A stretch of DNA of 64,000 nt from an uncultured Candidatus Saccharibacteria bacterium. Lineage in GTDB: Bacteria > Patescibacteriota > Minisyncoccia > Minisyncoccales > UBA5738. A program made the translations under genes and the position numbers. A model generated the notes under the pieces. The model saw nothing but the letters and a program-made list of their open reading frames with translations, did not search any database and had not been told where the DNA came from. The DNA lies in the NCBI GenBank assembly GCA_964470995.1, contig CAYYEP010000001.1, positions 65,813 through 129,812 on the forward strand. The letters run 5' to 3'. Each line of letters begins with the position of its first letter. Positions within the stretch are counted from its first letter, which is position 1. Shown in pieces: positions 17,636-25,880 of this stretch.

Positions 17636-17664
17636 GAATTGAAAACACCGTTTGACACGGTGTT
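17636..17664 (-). terminator. putative native terminator of tRNA-Ser(GCU), now separated from it by the integrated element
   Basis: Minus sense AACACCG-TGTCAAA-CGGTGTTTTC immediately follows the attL core. Confidence 0.5.
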
Positions 17665-17672
17665 CAGCGAAA

Positions 17673-17856
17673 GGCGGTGTTTTTTGGACGAAGTTCGAAC
17701 ATTTTTTGAGCAAAACTCCGAATGATTGCGCGCTTCGCGCGCAAAACCGAAACGCTCGGGCGGGCAAAAAGGAAGGGAGTTGGGGGGAAGGAATTTTTGC
17801 CCGCCCTCGCTTTCCGCCGCCGCCGAATTTCGTGCCAACAAAGTTGGCGCGCCGCC
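17673..17856 (+). repeat. inverted repeat IR1-left (P' arm of the att site), ~180 bp, highly structured
   Basis: Reverse complement of 20092-20276, with 1 substitution and 1 single-base indel across the ~156-nt collinear part and a divergent but still self-pairing distal hairpin. Confidence 0.85.
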
Positions 17857-17864
17857 TTTAATTT

Positions 17865-19730
17865 CTAAACTGTAAACCCAACTAATTTAACTAACAGCCA
17901 CGAAATAATCAAGAATGAAATTGAAAAAACGGGAACAAAAACATATTTCATTTTATCTTTTGGCCGGAATGACCAAGATGAATATCCAGCCAATTTCAAT
18001 TGTTCAAATAGATTTTTATCCTCGGGTTTGATTCTTTTGATTATGAAGCTCACAATTAAAGCAGTAATCGGCAAAACATAAATTATCAAAAGAGGAATGA
18101 TGATATCAGAATCTAAATATCTCAGGGAGTAACTAATTTCGCGGATTAGTGATGACAACGCAAATAAACCGAAAACCAGAAAAGGTATGGCAACGAAAAA
18201 TAAAATTGTAGCAACTCTCCTTTTCCATAAATATCCTTTTTGTTTTATTTCGGCAAGCAGAGGTTCTACGCTTTCATTTTTATTTTTCGTGCCAACCAAT
18301 ACTGTCGTTATCAATAATCCTAAAATTGTTAGAAAATTAGACAAACCAATCAAGCCGAGTTTTACCGGCTTTCTTCTTAAATCCTTGAAAATAATCAAGC
18401 CCGCCAAAATTCCAGCGAGTATTGAACTTAAAATAAACAGGATTATTGCGCTTACTATCGGGTGTTTGGCAATAAAAGTTGAGTAGTAAGTTTTGGCGGG
18501 TGCTTGCGCTTTTAGCCACAAGTCATCAGTGAAGAATTTTGACGGCGCGTTGATTTCTATTTTTGTATATTTAATGTTTTGATTTTGTCCGCTATAAAAG
18601 TTTTTCAAGTCATCGGCAAAACTGGCATAGCTATCAATATAATATTCAGTTTTTGTGTAGCTTTCAATATCTTGAAAAACATTTGGCGTAACATGGCCAA
18701 TTACTCTGATTGTTGCCGGAACTGTTTTGCTACCATAGACGCTTGTCGGAAGAAGTGGAAAATATATTTCTTTCGTGGGGAATGTTACAAATACTCCCTT
18801 TTGGTTAGCTAAGTTCTGATTTTTGTTATAGGTATCTACGATTATTGACGGGTCATTTTGAATAGCTTGCGTTAATTCCTGCAAAACAGTTCCGCCTTGT
18901 TGGGATTTCAAATAATCAGTTGAATTGTTAGCTTGATTAAATTCGGGATATTTTTGTTTTAAGCTATTTACTAAGTCAAAAAATTTTGGATAGCGGTATT
19001 GACTCGAAAAGTAGATATAAAGATTATTTTTTATATCGTCAGCCGAAATGATTTTTTCTGGCGAGCTTATCCATGAAGCGACAAAAGAAAATTCTTTGCC
19101 GATATAATTATCCAAAACTGGAATCGAGCCACTTTCAATTTTTAACCCCTTATTTTTCAAATAATCGTAGAGTCCGTTGGCTGTTTTTGCAGTAATTATT
19201 TCTGATGAAATTCCTTCTTTGTCTAAATGTTCGTAAACAACAACATCCGGTACAATTCCCTTACCGATTCCTTGTGGTGCTGCACCCAAAGCATTATCCA
19301 TGCCTCTGCCCGCCGAGAGAGTCCCATAAAAAGAAACAAAAGGAATTGTATAAAGTTGCGTCATTTGTAAAAACTTCGTTGTATCGTCAAGATTTGATTT
19401 CGCTTTTCTTGAAACTTCTTCACCGCTTAATCCGGGCAGACTTTTTACTACATCAATAGCAACTTTATTCGGATCGGCAGGAACGGGGAAAAGCCAAACC
19501 ACTCCTTTGCTGTTTTCTCCTTCAAGTCCAACGCTGATAATCATTTTTTGCAATCCGTTATTATAATTAATAAACGCTTGCTGATTACTTTCATTTGAAT
19601 AATCCCAACGGTCTGAATAAGGATCGGGTTTCATCATCATTCCGTCTGCAAAAACTGACTTTGGAATAAAGGAAGCTATCGCCAAAAATGTAATTAGCGA
19701 TAATGTAATAAATGAGAGTGATTTTTTCAT
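17865..19730 (-). CDS. cargo: large exported protein with a C-terminal 5-TM anchor (possibly DUF2330-like)
   Basis: 621 aa: signal peptide MKKSLSFITLSLITFLAIASF, ~400-aa extracytoplasmic region, five C-terminal hydrophobic helices. AT-rich codon usage. Confidence 0.75.
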   Translation of the reverse strand: MKKSLSFITLSLITFLAIASFIPKSVFADGMMMKPDPYSDRWDYSNESNQQAFINYNNGLQKMIISVGLEGENSKGVVWLFPVPADPNKVAIDVVKSLPGLSGEEVSRKAKSNLDDTTKFLQMTQLYTIPFVSFYGTLSAGRGMDNALGAAPQGIGKGIVPDVVVYEHLDKEGISSEIITAKTANGLYDYLKNKGLKIESGSIPVLDNYIGKEFSFVASWISSPEKIISADDIKNNLYIYFSSQYRYPKFFDLVNSLKQKYPEFNQANNSTDYLKSQQGGTVLQELTQAIQNDPSIIVDTYNKNQNLANQKGVFVTFPTKEIYFPLLPTSVYGSKTVPATIRVIGHVTPNVFQDIESYTKTEYYIDSYASFADDLKNFYSGQNQNIKYTKIEINAPSKFFTDDLWLKAQAPAKTYYSTFIAKHPIVSAIILFILSSILAGILAGLIIFKDLRRKPVKLGLIGLSNFLTILGLLITTVLVGTKNKNESVEPLLAEIKQKGYLWKRRVATILFFVAIPFLVFGLFALSSLIREISYSLRYLDSDIIIPLLIIYVLPITALIVSFIIKRIKPEDKNLFEQLKLAGYSSWSFRPKDKMKYVFVPVFSISFLIISWLLVKLVGFTV

Positions 19731-19745
19731 AATTTTATTTTACGA

Positions 19746-19943
19746 TTATTTTATTAACTCATCAACGCTAACCTCAAGAGCTTTCGCGATTTTCTTGAGG
19801 GTATCCAGCGTTGGATTCTGGTTTTTACCAGCTTCAATTTTGATAATTGTATTATTGGCGACATCGGCCAATCTCGCCAACTTTTCTTGGGAAAGCCCTT
19901 TGGCTTCCCTTAACCTTCTTAAATTTTTAGTAATGTTTGACAT
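19746..19943 (-). CDS. cargo: XRE-family helix-turn-helix transcriptional regulator
   Basis: LRRLREAKGLSQEKLARLADVANNTIIKIEAGKNQNPTLDTLKKIAKALEVSVDEL. Confidence 0.85.
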   Translation of the reverse strand: MSNITKNLRRLREAKGLSQEKLARLADVANNTIIKIEAGKNQNPTLDTLKKIAKALEVSVDELIK

Positions 19944-20091
19944 AACTTATATCTTAGTAGTAGAATTAAAGTATTAGGATATATTTCCTTTCAACTACTA
20001 TAATGCTACACCAAAAATTAAGAAAAGTAAATAATGGGAGAAAAATTGTTGTGTGCGCACGGGTGGGTGGGGCAAACACAACTCCATTTTT

Positions 20092-20276
20092 GGCGGCGCA
20101 TTTTGCAAAGCAAAATACGAAATTCGGCGGCGGCGGAAAGCGAGGGCGGGCAAAAATTCCTTCCCCCAACCCCCTTCCTTTTTGCCCGCCCGAGCGTTTC
20201 GGTTTTGCGCGCGAAGCGCGCAATCATTCGGAGTTTTGCTCAAAAAATGTTCGAACTTCGTCCAAAAAACACCGCC
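20092..20276 (-). repeat. inverted repeat IR1-right (inverted P' arm)
   Basis: See 17673-17856. Core CCGCC at 20272-20276. Confidence 0.85.
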
Positions 20277-20404
20277 AATTTTCACTTTTTGTGAAATCGT
20301 AAGAAACTGCCTCGGCACAAAGCGCCTCGGCATGGTATTTTTCCGCAATTTTGAAAGCATTTTTGAAATCCAAAACCAAAGTGCGGTCGGTAATGCGGAA
20401 GTTC
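20277..20404 (-). repeat. inverted repeat IR2-left: inverted copy of the last 128 nt of the recombinase P arm
   Basis: 100% identical to the reverse complement of 21890-22017. Together with 20092-20276 it forms a complete inverted attP-like junction (ORF 20224..20439 = ...NFRITDRTLVLDF...SENWR+CFLDEVRTFFEQNSE*). Confidence 0.85.
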
Positions 20405-20519
20405 GCCGTGCAAAGCACGGGCAAAATGAAATTTTGCAAACCAATCTTTTTTCTTTCGCTTTCAGCGAAAGGTTGAGCGTATTTTTCTTTGATTGCCCAA
20501 AAACTAATTTCAAAACAAT

Positions 20520-22247
20520 ATGGACAACATAAATTTACAAACCAAAAAGATTTTTCTCTATGCTCGTAAATCCACGGACGAGCCAGAGCGACAAATTCTT
20601 TCCATTGAAGCGCAACTTTTTGAATTACGAGAATTTGCCAAAAAGGAAGGATTAAATATCGTCCGTGAATTCGTGGAGAGCAAAACCGCCAAAGAGCCGG
20701 GCAGAGAGATTTTTAACAAAATGGTGGCAAGCATAGAGAAAAATGAAGCCGAAGGAATTTTAGCGTGGCACCCTGACCGCTTAGCTCGAAATAGCATAGA
20801 CGGCGGACGGATAATCTATCTCGTAGATACTGGGAAGATTACCACGCTAAAATTTCCAACTTTTTGGTTTGATCCGACACCGCAGGGAAAATTTATGTTG
20901 TCCATTGCTTTTGGGCAATCAAAATATTATGTGGATAATCTTTCGGAAAATATAAAGAGGGGTATTCGCCAGAAATTGCGAAATGGAATATGGCCCGCTT
21001 GGGCGCCACTTGGCTATATAAACGGCAAAAACGCCCGCTGTATCGCCGTGGACAAAGAAAAGGCAAAGTATATCAAGCGGGCTTTTGAAATGTATGCAAC
21101 TGGCGAATACCCCCTCGCTCAAATCCGAAAGATTATCAATTCCTTGGGCTTGGTTGGCAAGAAAGGCAAAATGCTTTCCGTTTCAAATTATCAGTATATG
21201 CTGAAAAATAAAATCTATTACGGAATGATTGAGTATAACGGCGAAATGTATGACGGAAAGCATGAACCGATTATCACAAAGAAACTTTTTGATTCCGTTC
21301 AAGAAGTGATGGTGAGAAAGTCCAAACCGAAAACGCCAAAATTGAAACCGTATGTGTACAGAGGATTTTTCCGTTGCGGAGAGTGCGGTTGTTTCATTAC
21401 CACCGAAACGCAAAAAGGACATAACTATTTGCGTTGTACCAAACGGAAAAATCCTTGCACGCAAAGATATGTTCGCGAAGAAATCATCACTTCTCAAATA
21501 AAGGAGGAAATCAAAAAAGTTTCTTTGTCTTCCGTTTGGGCAAACGCTTCAATCAATTATTTTGAAAATGAAAAAATGAAAATTGCCCAAACGGAAAGCT
21601 CTTTCGCCCAAAAAGCGAGAAATGAGCTTGTGGAGATAGAAACAAAGCTTGATCGTTTGCTTGATTTACAACTAGACGGCAATTTGTCGCAAGTGGAATA
21701 TACCACCAAAAAGCACAAACTCATTCTCGCTAAAAAAGATTTGGAAGAAAAAATCACCGCTTTTGGGCGAAAGAGCAATAATCGGTTCGAACTTGCCATT
21801 GCCTTTCTAAAAGACGCCAACCAAGCCGAAAAATACGCTCAACAAGAAAATCCCGAAAGGATTCGGGATTTTCTCAAAAAGATTGGTTCGAACTTCCGCA
21901 TTACCGACCGCACTTTGGTTTTGGATTTCAAAAATGCTTTCAAAATTGCGGAAAAATACCATGCCGAGGCGCTTTGTGCCGAGGCAGTTTCTTACGATTT
22001 CACAAAAAGTGAAAATTGGCGGAGGGGGCGGGATTCGAACCCACGGACGGCTTTAAGACCGTCAGAGGTTAGCAACCTCTTGCAATGCCGCTATGCGACC
22101 CCTCCACAGATTGATCTGCGATCAAATTGCAAATTCCAAACCCTAAGCACCAATTATCAAGATAATACAAAACGACATTCCAATAATAACGTTAAAGACC
22201 GCTTTGGTCAATCTCAACCCCGAAGAGCGCCTGCGTATTCCCCGTAG
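20520..22247 (+). CDS. large serine recombinase (integrase)
   Basis: N-terminal resolvase domain (IFLYARKSTDEPERQILSIEAQ), recombinase domain, Zn-ribbon CGECGC...CTKRKNPC, coiled-coil region. The ORF runs through tRNA-Ser and stops only at 22247. Confidence 0.85.
   Translation: MDNINLQTKKIFLYARKSTDEPERQILSIEAQLFELREFAKKEGLNIVREFVESKTAKEPGREIFNKMVASIEKNEAEGILAWHPDRLARNSIDGGRIIYLVDTGKITTLKFPTFWFDPTPQGKFMLSIAFGQSKYYVDNLSENIKRGIRQKLRNGIWPAWAPLGYINGKNARCIAVDKEKAKYIKRAFEMYATGEYPLAQIRKIINSLGLVGKKGKMLSVSNYQYMLKNKIYYGMIEYNGEMYDGKHEPIITKKLFDSVQEVMVRKSKPKTPKLKPYVYRGFFRCGECGCFITTETQKGHNYLRCTKRKNPCTQRYVREEIITSQIKEEIKKVSLSSVWANASINYFENEKMKIAQTESSFAQKARNELVEIETKLDRLLDLQLDGNLSQVEYTTKKHKLILAKKDLEEKITAFGRKSNNRFELAIAFLKDANQAEKYAQQENPERIRDFLKKIGSNFRITDRTLVLDFKNAFKIAEKYHAEALCAEAVSYDFTKSENWRRGRDSNPRTALRPSEVSNLLQCRYATPPQIDLRSNCKFQTLSTNYQDNTKRHSNNNVKDRFGQSQPRRAPAYSP
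22017..22105 (-). tRNA. tRNA-Ser (anticodon GCU), CCA encoded
   Basis: GGAGGGG-TC-GCA-TAGCGGCAT-TGC-A-AGAGG-TTGCTAA-CCTCT-long variable arm-GTGGG-TTCGAAT-CCCGC-CCCCTCC-G-CCA. Confidence 0.85.
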
Positions 22248-23079
22248 CGGCAGCTATAACCGTTTCGACGGGTTCATTACGGATCTGCGCCACGCGTTGG
22301 GCGACATTCACCACATATCGCGGCTCGTTGCGCTTTATTTGGGACAACGGCCCGCCGGAGGCGATATCCGCTAAGGGCGGCAAAAGATAGGGGCAATCGG
22401 TTTCCAGCAAAATTCTATCGAGAGGCATTCGAGCGATCGCGTCGTTGATGTCGCGCTTAAAGATGATGCCGTTCAGCCCGAAATAAAACCCGAGATCGTA
22501 ATACCGCGCCGCGTCGGCGGCAGTGCCGGTGAAACAGTGCACCGCTCCCCTGACCGGGCCGTTGGCTTTAGCTTCGTTTTCCAGAATCGCAATAATATCT
22601 TCGTGAGCCAGGCGCGAATGGATAATAACCGGCAAATCAAGTTCTCGCGCCAGCGCCAACTGGCGGCAAAAAACTTTTTTTTGTTTGGTTTTTATCGCAC
22701 CGGATTTTTCTTTGTCTTTGGGAAGGCGCAAATAATCCAGACCGATCTCTCCGATAGCCACAACCTTATCCGAGGAGCGCGCCAGCCTGCGATAGGCATC
22801 GGCGTTGAAATCGGTTTCGGGAATATTTTCAGGGATACAATGGTCGCGGTTTTGCGGCGCGCCAACCAAAATATTCTCCGGGTGCAGGCCGATAGCAGCC
22901 CAAAGCCCTCGGCCGTACTCGCGAGCGATCGCCACCGCCCGCTCGGAAGACGGATAATTAACCCCAATATTGATCACGAAAACTCCCCTTTCGAGGGAGT
23001 CGGCGGCGACTTGGCGCCAATCGTCGGCAAATTCTTTGAGGTTAAGATGAGCGTGGGTATCAAATATTTGCGGCAACAT
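22192..23079 (-). CDS. TatD-family metal-dependent hydrolase/DNase
   Basis: MLPQIFDTHAHLN start motif (start moved to ATG 23079) and the family-wide pattern through GAVHCFTG and ETDCPYL. Confidence 0.8.
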   Translation of the reverse strand: MLPQIFDTHAHLNLKEFADDWRQVAADSLERGVFVINIGVNYPSSERAVAIAREYGRGLWAAIGLHPENILVGAPQNRDHCIPENIPETDFNADAYRRLARSSDKVVAIGEIGLDYLRLPKDKEKSGAIKTKQKKVFCRQLALARELDLPVIIHSRLAHEDIIAILENEAKANGPVRGAVHCFTGTAADAARYYDLGFYFGLNGIIFKRDINDAIARMPLDRILLETDCPYLLPPLADIASGGPLSQIKRNEPRYVVNVAQRVAQIRNEPVETVIAAATGNTQALFGVEIDQSGL

Positions 23080-24004
23080 TGTTTTCTTTTTTAAGCAAGC
23101 AATGGGACTGCCAAAATGCGGTACCGACAAAAGCAAGCGTTACCAGCGTGGGAATGAATTCCGGCAGTTCAACGCCGAAACTTTCGATAATAATTACCAA
23201 CCCCAATACCCCGATGGAAGTCATCGCGCCATTTTTTAGATATTTGTATAACGCGACCTTATCGACGCTTTTGATGGTCATTTCCCGCACGATCAGAGCG
23301 CCGATGCCATTGCCAATCAGGATGAGCGGAATAGATGTCGTGAACGCGAACGCCCCCAAAACCCCATCAAACGAAAACGACATATCCAATACTTCCAGAT
23401 ACATCAACTTGGAAAAATCACTCATCGAACCGGCGCCCGCCATAAGCTGGTGAGATTGTTTTTCGGCCTGCTCGCGGAACCCGTAAAGGATAAAAAACGC
23501 GGCGTTGCCGATCGCGGCGGATAGCATCAGCATTGGGTTGTAGCTGGCCGCATAAAGCAGAAAGACAAGAGTTACCGCGACAAAGCCAAAAAACCAGATA
23601 CCGTAGTGAGGTTTTATGAATTTATCAAGAACAAAGAAGGGGCATTTTTCCTCCAAAAACAGCCAGTGAAGGTACAACAGAAACAGAAACACTCCCGCGC
23701 CCATAAGGATAAGCGGCTTGCCTTCTTCGATGGCATGGGCCACGTCCGGAGAACTGGTAAACATCGCCTGGAACGCTTCCATAAAACCAATTCCGGGAAC
23801 AGTGAGCCAGACAACCAAAAACGGCAGTACGCCGCGAACGACGAATACCGCAAAAAAAAGACCCCAAACCAAAAAAATCTTCCGCCATTTGGCGCTCATA
23901 GTTTTTAAGACGTAGGCATTGACAATGGCATTATCAACGCTGTTAACTATCTCAAAAACGACCAAACCGAGAATTATTACCAACGCGCTTATAAGATCGA
24001 ACAT
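23060..24004 (-). CDS. TerC/DUF475-family integral membrane protein
   Basis: EIVNSVDNAIVNA motif near the N-terminus; polytopic. Confidence 0.7.
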   Translation of the reverse strand: MFDLISALVIILGLVVFEIVNSVDNAIVNAYVLKTMSAKWRKIFLVWGLFFAVFVVRGVLPFLVVWLTVPGIGFMEAFQAMFTSSPDVAHAIEEGKPLILMGAGVFLFLLYLHWLFLEEKCPFFVLDKFIKPHYGIWFFGFVAVTLVFLLYAASYNPMLMLSAAIGNAAFFILYGFREQAEKQSHQLMAGAGSMSDFSKLMYLEVLDMSFSFDGVLGAFAFTTSIPLILIGNGIGALIVREMTIKSVDKVALYKYLKNGAMTSIGVLGLVIIIESFGVELPEFIPTLVTLAFVGTAFWQSHCLLKKENNVAANI

Positions 24005-24016
24005 AGTCGGTTTTTC

Positions 24017-25297
24017 TTAATTATTCTTAATTTTTAAAACGGACGGCAACGCCAGCTTGTGGGCGTTGTTCTTTTTGCGGTCGATAACTTTTTGCATTTT
24101 TTTAGGATCGACATTGGCAAGGTAGCAAACCTCTTCGGGCAGAAGCCCCTGGCTTAAAAGTTTTAACGCCGTATCCAACTGGTGGTAAGTCAAACCCAAT
24201 TCTTTTTCGTCGGTCTGGCCGGGCCAAAGAGCCGCGGTGGGCGCCACTTCAATGATTTCACTGGGCAGTTTCAAGCGTTTAGCCATTTCGTAGATCTCGG
24301 TTTTGTAAAGGTCGGCGATCGGCTCAATATCCACCCCCCCGTCGCCGTATTTGGTGAAATAGCCGATCTCCAATTCTGAACGGTTGGTGGTACCAATAAC
24401 CAGCGCTTTTTTTAAATTCGCGTAATAGTAAAGCGCGGTCATCCGGAGGCGGGGCTTCATATTGCCATAAACCAAATTACCTCCGGCGGGCAGGATTTTG
24501 GCAAAATTTTGAATCACTTTGTCCAGATAAACTTTTTCCACCTTCATTTTGAAAGTTTTTTCCAGACGCGCCACATTGTTGCCGAAAGGGCATTTGCGAA
24601 CGAAAGGCATCCAAACAAAGACCGCTTTTTTACCGAGAGTTTTTTGCATGATCGCGGCGGTTACCGCCGAATCGATGCCGCCCGAAACGCCGATGACTGC
24701 GCGGGCCAGCCCGGCGGCCTTCATTCGCTCTTTTATGAAATTGGCAATCCGGTCTTCGGGCAATACCTGGGACTGGGCGATGATTCTGTCTTTGCCTTCG
24801 CCCTCGAGATACTGGACGGCGGCAACCGGTACCGACCCCTTCCAAGACATCCCCGCCCGCATAGCTTCGCGTACCTGGGTGGCGGTCAATCCCCGGCAAA
24901 ACATCGGATGGCAGGCAATTTCGATGCCTGCTTTTTTTGCGCTGGCGGCGGACCAGTCGTTTTGGGTAACCAGAACGAGTTTTTCGGGATTGGTTTTTAA
25001 TATCTGGGACAATTTTTTACCCCAGGCAATATCGTTTAAAAGGTCGGGCAAGCCGAATATCCGGCAATTGGCAATATTGGCCGCGGCAAGCACTTTTTCG
25101 AACATTTCTTTACGCTCTTTGTAGTCCAGCGGATTTTGGGCGGTACCGCTTTCCTGCATACTGCCAATAACAATAAAAAAATCACTGGCTTGAGACGAGA
25201 TCCATTTTATCACTTCCAAATGGCCGTTATGCAAAGGCTGGAACCGGCCTACAAAAACCGGAATTTTTCCTTTAGGTAAAATATATTCTGTTTCCAT
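24017..25297 (-). CDS. fusion of NadM-type nicotinamide-nucleotide adenylyltransferase and NH3-dependent NAD+ synthetase (NadE)
   Basis: N-terminal GRFQPLHNGHLEVIKW (cytidylyltransferase HxGH). C-terminal GVSGGIDSAV PP-loop and the NadE-like remainder. Confidence 0.8.
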   Translation of the reverse strand: METEYILPKGKIPVFVGRFQPLHNGHLEVIKWISSQASDFFIVIGSMQESGTAQNPLDYKERKEMFEKVLAAANIANCRIFGLPDLLNDIAWGKKLSQILKTNPEKLVLVTQNDWSAASAKKAGIEIACHPMFCRGLTATQVREAMRAGMSWKGSVPVAAVQYLEGEGKDRIIAQSQVLPEDRIANFIKERMKAAGLARAVIGVSGGIDSAVTAAIMQKTLGKKAVFVWMPFVRKCPFGNNVARLEKTFKMKVEKVYLDKVIQNFAKILPAGGNLVYGNMKPRLRMTALYYYANLKKALVIGTTNRSELEIGYFTKYGDGGVDIEPIADLYKTEIYEMAKRLKLPSEIIEVAPTAALWPGQTDEKELGLTYHQLDTALKLLSQGLLPEEVCYLANVDPKKMQKVIDRKKNNAHKLALPSVLKIKNN

Positions 25298-25380
25298 ATT
25301 TTTTGATTTTACGCCAATAAAGCGGTTTTTTCAATTGCAATAATTAAAAGCCCACTCCAAATATAAAAGAGTGGACTGGA

Positions 25381-25500
25381 TCACGATACAGCATGCATCG
25401 GATCCCTTAGAAGGTGTTCTATTTTAAGCTCAATCTTCTTCTTCGATTGCTGGCTTTTGTCGCCATTAGATTTAGATTCTAGTTTCTCAACTTCTGGCAT
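25381..25500 (-). CDS. possible 39-aa lysine-rich peptide
   Basis: Not in the ORF track. AAGGGGTGGA SD-like sequence 6 nt upstream of ATG 25500. MPEVEKLESKSNGDKSQQSKKKIELKIEHLLRDPMHAVS*. Followed by hairpin CCACTC...GAGTGG. Confidence 0.3.
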   Translation of the reverse strand: MPEVEKLESKSNGDKSQQSKKKIELKIEHLLRDPMHAVS

Positions 25501-25847
25501 TTTCCATCCACCCCTTCATTACCTGACCCCGTATGGACCCATTGAAACAGGCCTGTCCCAATAACCGGGATCAAGATTTTTTTTGCTTTTACCCCCTTTT
25601 ACGTTATTTAATCGGTTGCTATGCTCCCCTACATTCCTTATTCTTAAGTTAATACAATTCCTCCTTGAATAAATTGTTAATTGCGGGAGAATTTCCCGCA
25701 TTACTGGAATATCAGCGTCAGCGCCCTTCGCCAGTTACCCGGCGACGGCGATGATCACCCCTTTAAAGAGTGTGCCATCCCCGCTCCTTTTCGGTATTGG
25801 ACTATCAGAGTATCGATGCCAGACACTACGGAAGCCCGCCGATAATT

Positions 25848-25880
25848 AAAGACCCTTCCGTTTTAGGAAGGGTCTTTTGT
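25848..25880 (+). terminator. strong rho-independent terminator with no upstream plus-strand ORF
   Basis: AAAGACCCTTCC-gtttta-GGAAGGGTCTTTTGTTT. Confidence 0.7.

Larger units (their letters stand above)
17673..22022 (+). mobile_element. integrative element with a large serine recombinase, inserted at the 3' end of tRNA-Ser(GCU)
   Basis: A GGCGG core occurs at 17673-17677 (attL: terminator side | P' arm) and at 22018-22022 (attR: int 3' end | tRNA). The AT-rich cargo contrasts with the flanks. Confidence 0.75.

Noticed and set aside
20092-20404. The internal inverted attP as a pure assembly or MDA chimera
   Set aside because: This was considered seriously. The IR1 copies are not identical (a substitution, an indel, and a divergent distal hairpin that still self-pairs), and unique sequence continues on both sides. 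That argues for real DNA. It remains to be excluded with long reads.
19966-20532. Cluster of overlapping 69-171-aa ORFs on both strands (and the mirror set at 17467-17861)
   Set aside because: They fall in the inverted-repeat att arms and mirror each other because the DNA is repeated. Composition is low-complexity and Arg/Lys-rich, and none has an RBS. The exception is ORF 20224..20439, which is informative as a relic of the int 3' end in attP configuration.
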